A stretch of DNA of 56,952 nucleotides, counting the filler, from Platydemus manokwari (Eukaryota), in the NCBI GenBank assembly GCA_037951405.1. It is 5 parts of 5 records of this genome, joined end to end, with 100 filler letters (N's around TTAATTAATTAA, not from the genome) between each part and the next. Parts side by side here need not be neighbours in the genome. Positions count along the whole stretch, not along the records: positions 34,737 to 45,443 come from JBBMOY011111665.1; positions 45,544 to 56,952 come from JBBMOY010692208.1; 3 more parts are not named here. One strand, given 5' to 3'. The notes under the pieces are model-generated. The model ran no database searches, was not told where the DNA came from, and was given only the letters and a program-made list of their open reading frames with translations. The position numbers and the translations under genes were made by a program. This document shows positions 38,501 through 52,600 of the stretch, piece after piece (within the stretch, counting starts at the first letter, position 1; each line of letters opens with the position of its first letter).

Positions 38501-41500
38501 GAGTTACTAAATTTATTGAAAATTATTTTAAAACTTTATTAAACTAACGATTGATGTGTTAAAATTTTCTGTTTAAAAAATATATGAATTAGAAGCTTTT
38601 TAATCACAATAATTCATTGAACAAACTTGAAATATTATTTCGATTTAGTTTATTGACACCTAGCAAATGTTATCGAAGAAGATAATAATTAATTACATTA
38701 TAATGATTAATTAATTAGTGTTTTTAAATAATCCTTATCAAATTTTAAATAAAGTGAAAATTATCAATTCAAAGATAAAATAAGTACGCAATAAAAGGTA
38801 AATCTTACTTTTAACATTGGAATATTTTTTCTTTTGTATCTTAAAATCCCTTTAATCCCAAATTTTCTTTTCTATTGAAATATTGACAAAGAAAAATTGT
38901 AAATATTGATTGATTCAAGATTTATTATAAAGTAATAAGGCATGAGATATTTAACCTATATGGATATGCACACACACTAACAAACTTCTGTACTGTACGC
39001 AACGCTCCACTTGTGTGGCTGCTTGAATACTAATACACACATGTATTTCTAAACATACACACAGACAGTGTATTGAAGAAAAACTAATTAAGTTTGAAAA
39101 CAATTATTTTTCCTATTTTAATTTCTACTTATTATTAACATTACTATTTTTAGGTCATAATCATCATATGATGAAAACACAGGTTTTTTTCTGGCAAATT
39201 GTCGAAAAATAAGAATTCCAAAAAAAATCGGAATAAATCTATTGCTTGTAACCAAGTAGTTATATAATATTATTTGGGATTAGAATCTCTATACAGGATT
39301 AGATGATAAATTCTAAATAATACTAACCCAGGATTAACTTGCACCTTTACAAAATTGTGGGAGGTAGTTAGAAAAATCAATTTTACCATTTACGGGTAGC
39401 CATCGGCTGATTATATAAATTTTTTTTTTGAATTTTGTGTTTGTTGAAATCGTTTATCAACTTGAAAATTTTATTAAAATGAATATTCTTGAATGGTTTT
39501 CACTTGACAATGAAGAAACTGCGAAATGGTAATTTAAAGTACATCTTTAAACATTCTTTGAATTTATTTATAACGTATTTTATTGGCATAAAATCTCATT
39601 TGTAAAAACAGTTCAAAAAATTTCACTCATCTTCGATTGTTTCATTATAGTCAATTATATTTTAATTGAAATAGTTTTCATTTAAACTGGTGTTTTTTTA
39701 TTTTTTCAAAATTTTAGTCTGTATATGAAAGCAAATTCAGTTATTATTTTGTTGAATATTAGTTCATTGATCATTCAGCACCAAACAAAAAACACTATCT
39801 TCTTCTATCGGCATAAACTGGTAATAACCCACGTTGGTTGTGAAATTTCTAGTCAAGAGTTTGTGTCTTGCGTGCGCTTGACTTCTAATCAAAGTTTTGA
39901 ATGTTGGGTTATCAGTCAATAATTTAAATCTGAAAATTGTATTAACTAAAATATTACACTCAAAATCTCAACAACAACAGAAAATCTTTTCCCAATTCAC
40001 AAAGAAAAACACTCAAGACGGGATCAGTGCCTGAAATTCAAAAACAGAATGAAAAGTAATCAAAAATACTGATTACTAAAATCACAGATAAAGTTGCCGA
40101 CCTAAAACGACTGGCAGATATCCATGGAACTCAACCTCTTTTACATGATGAATTTGTTGATGGATCGATTTGAGATTTTCCTTATGTCTCTCATGTTATT
40201 GGCGGATATTTGAGCTTGTTGCCGTTTGTAGGTATGTGCCTGTTGATTCTTAGCTTCTAAATATAGTGTTTATAGTGTTCTAACGTGTGTTTATTTGGTC
40301 TGTGTGTATTGACGCATTTTAGCGTTCTTTCCTTGGTTCTTTTGACCATTTTTATTGATTTTTGATATACGCAACAAGTGTTATAGATTAATGTCAACTG
40401 GGATTAGCCAATCACTGTACACTTTTCATCGTGTAGCTATGTATTTTGTCAAATTGAAACCTACGTTATACACTGATTCTGAGTAGTCAATGATAGTTAC
40501 TGTACAGATATGAATTAACGTAAACCAGTGTTCCAATGTAGCGAGGGTTATAATTGTTCACGAGATTCTTTTATATTCGATAATTTGAAATTAAAAAGTG
40601 ATTTGATTATGAATTTGTAAACTGGCCTTTGGAAAGTTCACAATCAATACAAAGTTTCATAAATTTTTCTAAAACTCGATAATATTATGATTTAGCAAAT
40701 ATTATTCGTTGATGTTTTTTCAACAAATTTGATTGCGAAGAAATATGAAAATCTATTTAAACTTGTTATTAAACATGCCCCATTGACCAGTCAAATAATT
40801 AATTGTATTTAAAAACGTTGAAAATCGAATTTTGTTCTAATGTGCATGTTAGGTAGAGAAAGAGAAAATAATTTGTGGTACTTTTAAACAAAAATTGGTT
40901 CTTCTTTAAGTTAAATATTGACACGAATTTTTGAATGAATACATTTTCTAGTTCATAAAATTAACTATTTATGCAATTAATTATGAAATCAATTATGAAA
41001 TTGAATCTTAAAATGTTCCTTAGAAATAACCTAAAAATTGATACTTATTTTAATTTTATGCATTATAATAAAATTTTGTCAAAAAATTTTAAAAATATAA
41101 TGAAAACACACACCAATTGACCTACATATAAATATTTTGACCTTGAAAACATACAACTAATTTCAGTTAATTTTTTCTTCCCTACTTTGTATATGTATGT
41201 TTGTAAAAAATACTTTATCGATTTAACAAATATAATGGGCGAAAATGATGAATTTCACTATGATTTGTCTGCACCACAGGTACAGAGTTTCGGAAACCAA
41301 TGAGATAGCAAATAAACAGTGTCTATTCCCTATCGAAAATGATATATCTATTGTTAATATAGAATCAATCGAAGTTAAATGTTGATAATATCGAAAAAAA
41401 GATGAATTGTCGCCAAGTGGATTAATGAAGAAAGTTTAATTGAAGAATCTTAGAATATACAAATCGTTTGGACTATTAATTTTATTATGTGGAATCTTTT

Positions 41501-42749
41501 TACAACACTGAAATACCTATGTTTTAATGTTATTCAACAGAGAGTTCTTCATATTTGATAGTACGTGGGTTTCTTAGTTTGTTAAAGCTATTGGAATTTT
41601 TATTATATCTATAACTTGTCAGCAACCTATTGAATTATACATCTGATAATATTTGCTATGATGTTTATATAACTTTATTTTAGGTATCGGTTTTATAAAA
41701 GCAATTTCATAGTTAAATTTTATGTTATGGGATTACTAAAAAATATATTGAAAATTATTCCACTTATTTTGTGTTGAATTTCTTTAGGTAAAGTTTTGAA
41801 AGTATAAATTAAAAAGCATTTTTATAAATTGTTATAATAAATGTAATTTAATCCAATGTTAGCTCACCTTCAATTAGCGAGCTTTAACCAATAATGATTA
41901 ACAATTTTTTTTCAAAATATCTGAAGGTCAGTGCTGAATTCGATTGTGAAAATATAAAAATTTATTTTAAAGACATTTTATCAATAACGCCTTGTAATAT
42001 CTGAGTTACGCAAGTTTATATTTTACTCAGTGCAAGTTTTTAAGTGTTTATCACTGTACACATCCAGAGTCCGAGCTATCTAATCATAATAGTTGTAATA
42101 AATATTGACCATTGAGTTAATTTGACAGAAATTTCTTTCTTGAATCTGGAGTAATAAAGAATGTCTCATGTTATTAAATCTCATGTCCTTCAGATCTGGA
42201 TCACCATTATTATTTATTTGATAATTCCGGCTTCAATAATCTTCATTACATGATCATGTCTTTCGATTCAAAATTGTTTTGGAAGTTTGAATTTAATGAA
42301 AACATTGGCTTGTGCTTCATTTTCTGTTTAGGATTTTCTGGTGGGTTTTTAAATTTGAAATTGGATGTTTGTAAACTTGTAGAATTTAGGTTTTGCACCT
42401 GGTAGCTATTGTTTATTACATCATTCTTATCTTGATTTTGATCCATATTTATCAATATAATGCGAAGAAATTTTTGTAAAGTCAGTTTAGTAAAATAATA
42501 TTTATAAACAAAATATTGGATATTCATAATATTTATTAGAATTATCACCCATTATCGAATATAAATATTTAATAATCAAATTAATATAATTCAATAATAC
42601 CTGAAAACTAAACAAATTTTCTCTACAATAATAAATTCCAACAAGAAAACAAAAATGCAATGTATTAAATAATAATCATAGAGAATTTCCACGAGTGAAT
42701 CATTCTTTTACCTATAGTGTATATAAATTTACTTTCGCCCTCAATTATT

Positions 42750-44010
42750 CTGACTCCTCTTGATAATCTAATTTCTTTACCTTCCTTTACAATTATATAA
42801 ACCTTGACAATGACTTTTCAAGTTCTTTCCGAAAATTACCTGAAAGTACTATTACTATCCGATATATTTTTGCTGATTGTTATCGGTTATATTATGTCTT
42901 GCTGTCTTAATCGTTCCCTTTTCTTATATTACCACTTGGTGACTTGTTTTCCATGCCTTCGCGTAATCCTTATTTTGTTAAACCACGTTTCTTCAATTGT
43001 AAACAATTTAAAGTGTCTTCTCTGTTTCTCATTTATTATTTTTATTTTTACTACATATTGTCTTGCCGCTTTCTTAATTCTTAAGCGTATCATTAGAAAT
43101 TATTCCCTTTGCACTGCTATTGTTATACCTCTGCTCTTCTATAATTTCTCTTGAATCTTAACATTCTTGTTATTTATATCTACTCATTATTTTTAAGTAA
43201 TATCAAAGACAGATTTTGCTAAATCAATATCTACCTTTGTAATATATTTATATCTATATACTTAGTACGAGAACTGGCCATTTTGCTTTGATTTTTATGC
43301 CATATATTTCTTTTCTCACTTGGTTGTACCTATCTTCATTTCCATTATTTTCATCGTTTTCTTGAAAATAACCTCATGTTACTGCTGTTTTTATCAATTT
43401 TCCCCATCTATCGACCTGTTCTAAATTTTTGATTTGTTTACTGTAAGGTATCGTTTTTGTAAATTATTTAGTAATATAATTTTGGGGTCCTTAATATATT
43501 ATACTATTGCATTTATCATTTTTAATAATCAATGTATTACATTGTCCCCTTTCTTCGATTGTTCCTTAAATTAAAGTTCCTGAATTAAAGATGAAACATG
43601 AAGAAGTGTTAGCAACTAATAATTTATATATCATTTTCTGCCTAATTACTCTCCGTGTTATGATATTCTTTCAACCAATCCATAAAGCAATTTAAACGAT
43701 CTTCATCCACTACATACACTGAATATCAAATTGACAATTTATGTGTTGAAACCCTTGTTTTTCATGATTTATATTATTCTCTCAACTTTTTTCATCTATT
43801 ATAAATAACTTCTGCATAACTATCGTTTATATTTATATCCTTCCTCGTCGTATTTTATTTAATTTGTTTATCATTTGTGGAATTTTTATTGCATACTTTT
43901 ATTATTGATGGAAACCTGTTTGGTTGGGTTATTTGGTGATTAATATTATTAGATAAGAGACCGTGAGTTAGAGATTGATGTTCCCACCAATATCTGAAAC
44001 TTCACAGATT
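42750..44010 (-). mobile_element. Probable decayed APE-type LINE remnant
   Basis: Long purine-rich minus strand with GNINL (cf. WNIN) near 43985 and SVYV downstream. Many stops. Confidence 0.3.
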
Positions 44011-47000
44011 AATAGGTTGCGTGTAGATAATATATAAATACATTATTATTATTATAATAGACAAATGTGTTATGCTATAAATTTTAGAAAGAAGCTGTCT
44101 TGCCCTGAAGAGATTTATCAGTAACGGAAAACCGCCAGAAGGAACTAAGTGGGGCCCCACTGCGGTATAAAAACTAAAGAAATATGATTTTAGAAATTTC
44201 AATGACTATGCTTATAATTGCCATGGTAACGTGGATTAATAATCATTTTTTAAAAAAATTTATAGTTATTACTAATATAATTCGGCCCACACGCCTACAT
44301 TTTAATTAATGTGGGTTTATTTGCTCAATGTGGTTTTATTATTATTATTTATTCTTATTATGTAATATATTATATTATGAGACTTGCAGCCTGCGTGGGT
44401 AATATCCCGACATTATTATTATTATTTCTTTTAACATTGCTAGCCGTTCATACTATTTTGAAAACCACAAACTAAAATCAAACCAAAAAAGTCAAGACAC
44501 AATCAATTCTGTTTTAAATCCAAATATTTAAACAAATATTTCCAATTTTCCATTAATTTAATTTTTTATAAAATTAAATTAAATCTGAACAAAATTTGAA
44601 TAAATGTAAATTAAAATTGTTTCGAATTAACTTGAAATTTAATTCATATAAAATATCTCACAAACATTATGGGTCATTTCATATTTTTATGTTGTGCAAA
44701 GAATTCAGTAATCATTCTATTTTAATAGTATTTTATCATGGTTTCTATTTCATAATCTATGACTTCATACAAAGCCCATATTTTTATCATTAATGGCTTT
44801 CATAATCCGAAATTCTGACTTATAAATTATTCTCATATAATTGCTAGTTGAATGCCATTTTCGTATAGTAGTACGAAACTAAACTAAAACTGGATTTATA
44901 ATAATTATTATAATTAACATCCCTATTTATTAAAGATTAGCGGCATCATTAGTCATTTATTATGTCTATCACTGCTGCTATATGCTGATCATTATATTTC
45001 TTTCATTATTTTCACTCTAATTCATTTATAACGATTTCTATTATAGTTTTCATTATAAATATTTCTTTTTATTGTTGAATCTTCTATCAAATTAATATCA
45101 TGTCATATTATTATTTAGATATAGCCGTCCAAGCTCTTTAAACGTTACTGTGTTTAATATTGAATGTCCGAATTCATAAGTAAGATGGATTCGTCATGGT
45201 TTCAATACTAATCCATTTAAAATAAAATATTCTGCTAAAACCATTCAATTTTTCTAAGATTTATTTATTATTATTTCACATAGATTTATTTGAAAATGCA
45301 CTAGGGCTTCTAATATTTCAATCGAACGAAAAATTATTACCAATTATCGTCATATTATATATTAAAACAAAATAATATCTTCCATTTAAACAATTCAACT
45401 TGATAGGTGTTTCCATAAATAAAGCAAACTCAAAATAACAGGTNNNNNNNNNNNNNNNNNNNNNNNNNNNNNNNNNNNNNNNNNNNNTTAATTAATTAAN
45501 NNNNNNNNNNNNNNNNNNNNNNNNNNNNNNNNNNNNNNNNNNNTATATTTCTGAGTAATTAAAGTGTGATATCACCAAAACATTAACTAAACTCGAATTT
45601 TTTAAGAAAAATAATTAATATATAAAATTAATAAATATTAATTGAGTAGAATTGTAATTAAATTTTAAAGGCCATACGTACTTGAAGTAAACTAGTAAAC
45701 TATTGTAAATTATTGCAATTTATCATTAAACATTATGATATGTAAATTTAAAACAAAAAATACTTGTGAATGCTCATGAAGTTTTCATATTTAAAATATA
45801 ATATTCCCTCACTATGAAGAACAACCATTTGAATCAATTACAATGACGTCAACGTAAATCACAACCATTTGAAATATTTCAAAAAGTAAAACTTGAAACG
45901 AATGCAAATAAGTTTAAAAAAATCTAACTAAGATAAAATCTATCACTTGTAGGACCTTCAATTTAAATTTCTAAAACGACATCACATTATAACATTCTAA
46001 GAATTTTAAAGAATTACAAATAGAAATAGCCAATATCTATAATTTCAGATGAAGTTCTACATTTTTATCATTTCAGCCGAACGCAAGTATATGATTTCGG
46101 GTAACTTTGAATGGTTAAAATAACTTGATTTTGTTATCTCTATGAAACATTTTATTTATATGTATGATTGTAAAGAATTTTATTATCAAGTCAGTGAATT
46201 TACAATGGTTAATATAGAAGCTTTGCCAAATTCTCAGTAAATTTAAACAAATGCATATGTGAAATGCAAGTTATGCTAAAGATTATACATAAATAACACA
46301 ATAGATAAATGCAAATGTTAACATTCAACATAGTTTATTTGACAAACATTTTACATTGTTTTTATATGTGAATGAGAAATCGAGATAGAAACAACAATAA
46401 AAATCTGTAAGAATAAAATGTTTGATGATATTTTGAAATAAATAAAATAATAAATATTTAAAAATAATGCTTTAATTTTTGATGAAATATTTGCTTGTAT
46501 TTTCAAAATAAAAATCAACCTTATTTTTATACGGATTTCATCTAATTCAGAAAATGTGAAGTTGATAACAATTATTTAACCCATTATTATATATAATCAT
46601 AATAATCATACATAATTCTCATTATATCAAGAATTTAATGTCTTTCAAATTAAAATCTTTTGAAAAAAGCTTTCATGGAGTTATTTTACCGGACATTAAT
46701 GGCTGAAAAAACATTGAATTAATGTCTAAGAAGCAAGAAATACACATTTGTACTTTTAATCAGTGTTAGTCATTGTTATGATTTTCTTAAATTTTATTTG
46801 ATGCCAACCAGTAAAACATTTTAAAATAAATTCATTTTAAAAATCTTTTTTCTTCGGAGAGTTAATTATCAATCTTGATCAGATTTAGATTAAAACTATT
46901 TAACTCATTTAATTATTACTTTTTAAATAAGAAAATAATAAAAAATTAATTCATCCTTAAATAAATTATCACTAAATTATCAATATATATATATATATAT

Positions 47001-47429
47001 ACTTGTAAAAAACTGCAACGGCACCTCATGAATTATTATTTTTTTAAAATTTTATCATTATCTTAATAAAAGTATATTAATCGTTTGTATAATTATTAAA
47101 AAAAAATTTTGTAGATTGCTTTTATAATGTATTCGCCTGAACCATTTGCTTAATGTTGGCACGACGAGCTAAATTGTAGGATATAAAAATTATAGGTTTA
47201 TTTTTAAATATTATTTTGAAAAATACATTTTTTATAAATGTAATAAATAATTTCAAATTTTTAAAAATATATGAAATAAATATTTTACTGATTTATTGAA
47301 AAATTTCGAAATTTTTATTTAAATACAATTTTATCCAATTGATTTTTAAATAACAACTTTTATTTTATTTTTTAATGTTCATTATTGTTATATTTAATAA
47401 ATTTTTACACATCTATTGTCATTGTCATA

Positions 47430-48968
47430 ATGATGGCTGATATTTTCGAATGTTATATTTGTCTCAATCTAATTGAAAATTTACCGATTGTTACAATTCA
47501 ACATTGTTTTCATTCTCTTTGTAGTCATTGTGCCAAATCTTGGATTCTAGAAAATCCAACTTGTCCCTTTGATCGATCTGCAATCCAATCAGTAACATTC
47601 AGATATAAAACAGACGATTTGATTAATTCAAAAAGTCTCAGAGAATTTATTGTTGAAACTATAAATGAAAATGCCGATAAATACTTGTCTAAGATTTACC
47701 TAATGTTGATTGAGGAAAGGAAAAGTATTGTCACACTTAATAAAGTCTTGTCTGAGTTGATAAAGAATGTGTTAGATGAATTTATTTCAGATTATGATAA
47801 TAATTCCACAGAAAAAAATGTCAAAACAATGAGAAAATATTTGAGTATTTTCGAACAAATATCAAAAGATAGCCGTTTCACAATCACTGAAAATTATGCT
47901 GATGAAACTAAGAATCTGAGAAATAAATGTATAAACCAGATTAATAAACATAAATCCCTGATAGAAAATGACGAATTGTATTTGTTTAATTTCAAAGAAT
48001 GTCTTCTGATGATTTCAGGTCGATGTTTGATAGAAATAAAATACATGAAAGGCGTAAGAAATAAAATAATTTTCTCAGTTATTTGTGTATTTATGAATTG
48101 TAAAACCAGATCTGTCATCGAAACCAGTGTGATAAAATTAATTTGCAATCTTAAAGCCGTTAACAATGCCATTGAAGAAAAACTTAAATTATCAACTGTT
48201 CTTATTCTTCATGCTGCCAAATATCTTCAGAAACATATCTATAAAGACACATTATCATTTTCAACATTAAATTGTTTAATTTGTTCAGTTGTTTTTCATT
48301 CTGTAAGCAGTCGACAATGCGAGAGTTGCAATCTTGGTATATGTGTGACATGTGCAAATAATTATCTCATTACTGATCGGAATTGTTTCTTTCGTTGTTC
48401 TGAGAAATGTGAAATGATTTGGAAAACAAATGACAATGACTGTGTTTCAATAATTAAATGTCCTCTCGTACGCAAAAAATTAGTAGAGACATCAATAATG
48501 CAAGTTATGAAAGATATGCATTTGTCATTGTTAAATTTATACGATATCGCTGAACTTATTATCAAGAAATTTTTTGAAAATAAATTGTTATCATTTTTGG
48601 AAAACGAACAAGATCTACTTCTCTGTGACTTGTTTGTCAATCAAATGAACTTGCAAAAAAATAAAGCCAAAACCAAATTTATCTTAGAGAACCAAATTTT
48701 CCAAGAAAAAGAAGCAATTTTAAATTGGCGGAAATCTTGTAACGTCGGTTTAAAATTAACTGAATTAGTAGACTCTTTAGTATTTTCATTGTCTATGTTT
48801 ATTAAATGTTATAAAGAAAGTCACACAATGGAAAATGAAAATCTAAACAAATTTCGTAATCATTTAATTTTATTAGAGAATGAATGTAATCTGAATGAAA
48901 TTCAGGATTCAATGATATCAGAAAACATTAAAGAAATCGTTGGAAAATTCTTTAAGCTATTTAAATAA
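47430..48968 (+). CDS. Intronless RING-finger protein (putative E3 ligase) with a second RING-like module
   Basis: CYIC-x14-CFHSLCSHC-x10-CPFDR (C3HC3D type). Second cluster CLIC...CNLGICVTC...CFFRC. First ATG at 47430; 512 aa. Confidence 0.85.
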   Translation: MMADIFECYICLNLIENLPIVTIQHCFHSLCSHCAKSWILENPTCPFDRSAIQSVTFRYKTDDLINSKSLREFIVETINENADKYLSKIYLMLIEERKSIVTLNKVLSELIKNVLDEFISDYDNNSTEKNVKTMRKYLSIFEQISKDSRFTITENYADETKNLRNKCINQINKHKSLIENDELYLFNFKECLLMISGRCLIEIKYMKGVRNKIIFSVICVFMNCKTRSVIETSVIKLICNLKAVNNAIEEKLKLSTVLILHAAKYLQKHIYKDTLSFSTLNCLICSVVFHSVSSRQCESCNLGICVTCANNYLITDRNCFFRCSEKCEMIWKTNDNDCVSIIKCPLVRKKLVETSIMQVMKDMHLSLLNLYDIAELIIKKFFENKLLSFLENEQDLLLCDLFVNQMNLQKNKAKTKFILENQIFQEKEAILNWRKSCNVGLKLTELVDSLVFSLSMFIKCYKESHTMENENLNKFRNHLILLENECNLNEIQDSMISENIKEIVGKFFKLFK

Positions 48969-49349
48969 ATTATATTGTTTTCTTTGAAATTTTGAATTTA
49001 TTTTTATTTTTAACAGTTATCATATTAACTTTATTAGTAGTAAAAAATCTTTTATTGAAATTTTAAAAATCATATTTTTAATTAAAGATTTTTAGGAACT
49101 GAAAAAAACAAATGGTAATAATAATTTGTTTCGGTTTTAATTGCAAATAATTATTATAAATAAAATAAATAAATTAAATTAAGATTTCAATACTAACCAA
49201 ATATACCAAATTGATATACCAAATATCTCAAATTGTATCTCAAAATAACCAATAATGAAATTGTTTCTAATGTCACTTTATATTATATTCTAACTTTTTC
49301 TAAGTGACTTTCGTAATAAATATTATTTTAAAAAATTTTTAATATTTCT

Positions 49350-50710
49350 TGAAAATTAAATCTCAAAATCAACTGCAAATATAAAAATCAAATATAAAAA
49401 TTAACCATGAAGAAAAATGCAAAGATTTGCAAATATTCAAATGTTATTGCTTAATATTCTTGTTTGGAATCATTTAGTATTCCAAATGTATCAAGTTTTT
49501 TTGAGTTGTTGACTAATTTTCGAATACCTTCAAGTAATTTTAATAACATTTTTGAAAGTACTCGGAATTGTTCATGAATTAAATAAAAAAAATCAGAATT
49601 TTCAAATCCTAAATTTTTCTATCTGGAAATTGCAGGGTCAAGAGTAAAAGATTCTTTCAATTTCTTGCTATATAAATAGTCTTTATAAAGAATAAATAGT
49701 CTTATTTATAATAGTCTTATTCTTACAGAATAAATAGTCTCGAAATTTCTTCAAGAGTGTTTTCCTTGTCAAACGCTACTTTACTCAAAGTTCAAAACTG
49801 CGATATTTTTCGTCTAGTCTTTGTTGCATGGTTGTTTGGAACCATCTCTCAGCATCATAAATTGATAAATCGAAGAATAGTTTCTTGTGGTTTTATGTTA
49901 CAAATTCGGAAAATTTTTAAAATAAGATGCGCTTGTTTAAATTTTTAAGTAAATCTAAGATTTATCTTACTACTTTAAAGTGCAAAGGAAATGAAAAACA
50001 TCACAATTAAATAAAGAAATTTTACACTATTACCAAGGAGATTTATGAAATCTCAAATATTTATAATAAAAAATATCAGTAAGATTATTATGATTATTTA
50101 TTATGTATTAAATAATTGTAATCAAATGAAAACTTTATGAATTTGATGAGATCTGTAAAAAATTAAGTTGATTAGAATTTTGAATATAATTTTAAAACAT
50201 AATTTATTATGTGTATTTATTTGGAAATATTATTTCGATATCTCAGATACAAATAAGAACAATATGAAACTTTTGTAAAATAAACTATGTTAAATGTTAA
50301 AATTTACATTTATCTATTGTTTTATTTATATTTGTTTTATTATACACACAGCTTGGAAAATCAACTACATAAAGCATACTGGATACAATGAATTGATAAT
50401 ACATTTCTTTATAATCATACATATACTTGAAATGTTTTATGGAGATATCCGAAGCAGGTAATTTGATTCAATTATAAATTTCAAGCAATTATATACTTGC
50501 GTTCATCTTTAAGCGATGAATTAGTATAAGCTTATCTGATTTGAAGACAAAAAGAGATTTTTAATGATTTTGATCATCCGAATAAATCAATTTTCAATGG
50601 TTAAACTCTTGGAATTATGCAATTTTTTTGTTGAAGCATAAAGCATATTTTGAGAACAAACGTTGAACTTTTATCGATTGATATTGTGACAATTCAAATT
50701 AGACAATAAA
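49350..50710 (+). pseudogene. TRAF-like pseudogene (5' exon plus MATH-like remnant), interrupted by an insertion
   Basis: ATG exon MKKNAKICKYSN at about 49407. Downstream HTGYN...FDSII and DFDHPNKSIFNG*TLGIMQFF...LSIDIVTIQIRQ* resemble the MATH C-terminus (F-x-x-P...G...F...DD-x-I-x-I). Confidence 0.4.
49540..49950 (-). repeat. Dispersed repeat, related to 55030-55620
   Basis: ggaaattgcagggtc...tctttcaattt(c/t)ttgcta occurs at about 49625 and 55209. The peptides KNIAVLNF and QNTAVLNF are shared. Confidence 0.65.
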
Positions 50711-51922
50711 TTTAATTTGATTTCTACTTGTTTTATTTGAGTACCACAACTTTCCTAATTTCTGAAGTTTTTACTTTCTCAAATACATTGGAAGTTTATT
50801 ACATTTTTAATAAAAAATAAAATAAAATGATGTTATAAATATTTATGATCTGAATGACAGATGAACCACTTTGTCAAATGAATAAATCAGGTAGAATATT
50901 TGAGGAGTTGTGAATCTTGAATAGCATTATATCTCATTTGTCTTAGAATTGAACATTTTTAATAAAATATATTTATTAACACGTATTTTATTTATTTATC
51001 TGAATAATATATGTTTTGATTTATATTAGTAAAGTTATTATTTTTTATTAATAAATTTTATTCCAAATTCGGATTATTTTATTAATGAATATAGTACGGA
51101 AAGTCCTCCAAGTCAAATTTATTAGTAAAATATAAATATTTCCATAGTATAATAGTNNNNNNNNNNTTGCGGATCGAAGCAAAATTTCCGGTCATATTAA
51201 CTTTAATTATTTTGACTATTATAATAAACAAATCATATAAAAACTTTTAACTTGAGTCTTGACAAAAAGTTTTCTAAACCAATCAGAAGCATTACAAACA
51301 TCATGACTACAAGTTAAATAAACTTATAATTATATCTCTTATAGTTGTTGGGTCTACCTCGTTAATGACCTGACTCCAAAATCAAAACAAAATTACAGTA
51401 TATATATACTTTCAGTTAAGACAACAGGGGCTTAGCCCCTTATAAAGTTCTATTTAGTTTATTCAAAAATACAGAACGGGTCCGCTTCATCAATCTGATT
51501 ACTGGCCGAAGAACCACTGCTGTCAGATACTTTAAAACCAGCATGCTTAAACGGGTTACGAACGCTCAACACAATTGCTTTTTACAAATACCGATAATCT
51601 GGAAGCACAGCCCACAAATATGACACTTTAGATTCTATTTTTATTTACTAATACCAATATTCGGGAACCCTATAAATAATCTATATGAATAATTAAAATA
51701 TTCCTCTTGCTGGATTCTACTGACAAATATTCAAAGATTTCTTTTAATTTATTACACATTTATTTTGTTATTTTTAATGTTTTTCCATCTTTATAAAATG
51801 TTTTAGGTTAGCCAGTTTTTACTATTTGTTTTAAAAGTTTTTCTTCATTCATTTAAAAAAAATTTGAAAGAAGTTCCGTCCTATAGGTCGGACAAAGTTC
51901 AAGTTCCTTCTTTCCCTTCCCT

Positions 51923-52600
51923 TCAATGGAATTTTATATAAACATCTGATATTGTAAACATCTTTCCACTCCTAACTAATATTTCAACAGATTTTTCTTC
52001 CAATACACAACAATAAGCTTTACATTCTAAATTTGGGTTTTTTTCAATTTCTATTATTAAGTTACATCCATTAACTATTAATTTTTCATCTTGAGCACTA
52101 ACATCGAGGCAAAACATTGCGTATAACTATTGAAAATCTATCACATTTAATTGTGTTTTATTTATGACTTCTCTACATAAATTAACATAAGCTGAAAAGG
52201 TTTTTTTATTGGTTTGTTGTAGTATCAAATTGCATTTTATTGACTGCATAGTGATTTAATTTTTTCATTACCAATATTCTGAATAAATTTAGAAATTTTT
52301 TATAAAACTGATATCAGGTTCTTTTAGTTCAACTAATATATGTGTCTGTCTATTCTTTCATAAAGATCCTGTCATTTATATTGTGATCCTTTTGAAATGT
52401 CATCAAAACTTGCATTTGTATTTAAATAATTTACTTGAACCTGTTTATCGGTACTTAATCGTTCTGAAAAACTTCATTCACTCTCTGAATTTAAAATCAA
52501 TTCTTGCATGTATAATTCTAAAAATTCAATAGTTAATTTCCCTTCACTTTTGTTCAACAAAAGATTTTCTTGTTATCAATATTTCTATTTAAAGTTAACT
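51923..52600 (-). pseudogene. Polinton/Maverick (adintovirus-like) major capsid protein, C-terminal half
   Basis: GKLTIEFLELYMQELIL...QVNYLN, FSAYVNL and FCLDVSAQDEKL...LIIEIE...KAYCCVLEEKSVEI match the MCP C-terminal pattern (D-x-S-x-Q...AYC-x-I). Stops and frameshifts are present. Confidence 0.65.

Noticed and set aside
41234-41700. Tetraspanin-like hydrophobic segments (GLLILLCGIFL; AIGIFIISIT)
   Set aside because: Multiple stops and no CCG motif. T-rich DNA yields such peptides by chance.
42246-42446. Short N/Q-rich ORF on the minus strand
   Set aside because: Short, low complexity and followed by broken frames. It could be a pseudogene, but this cannot be supported.
51430-51680. SNCVERS...SML resembling a hAT dimerisation motif
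   Set aside because: A single frameshifted motif is not enough.
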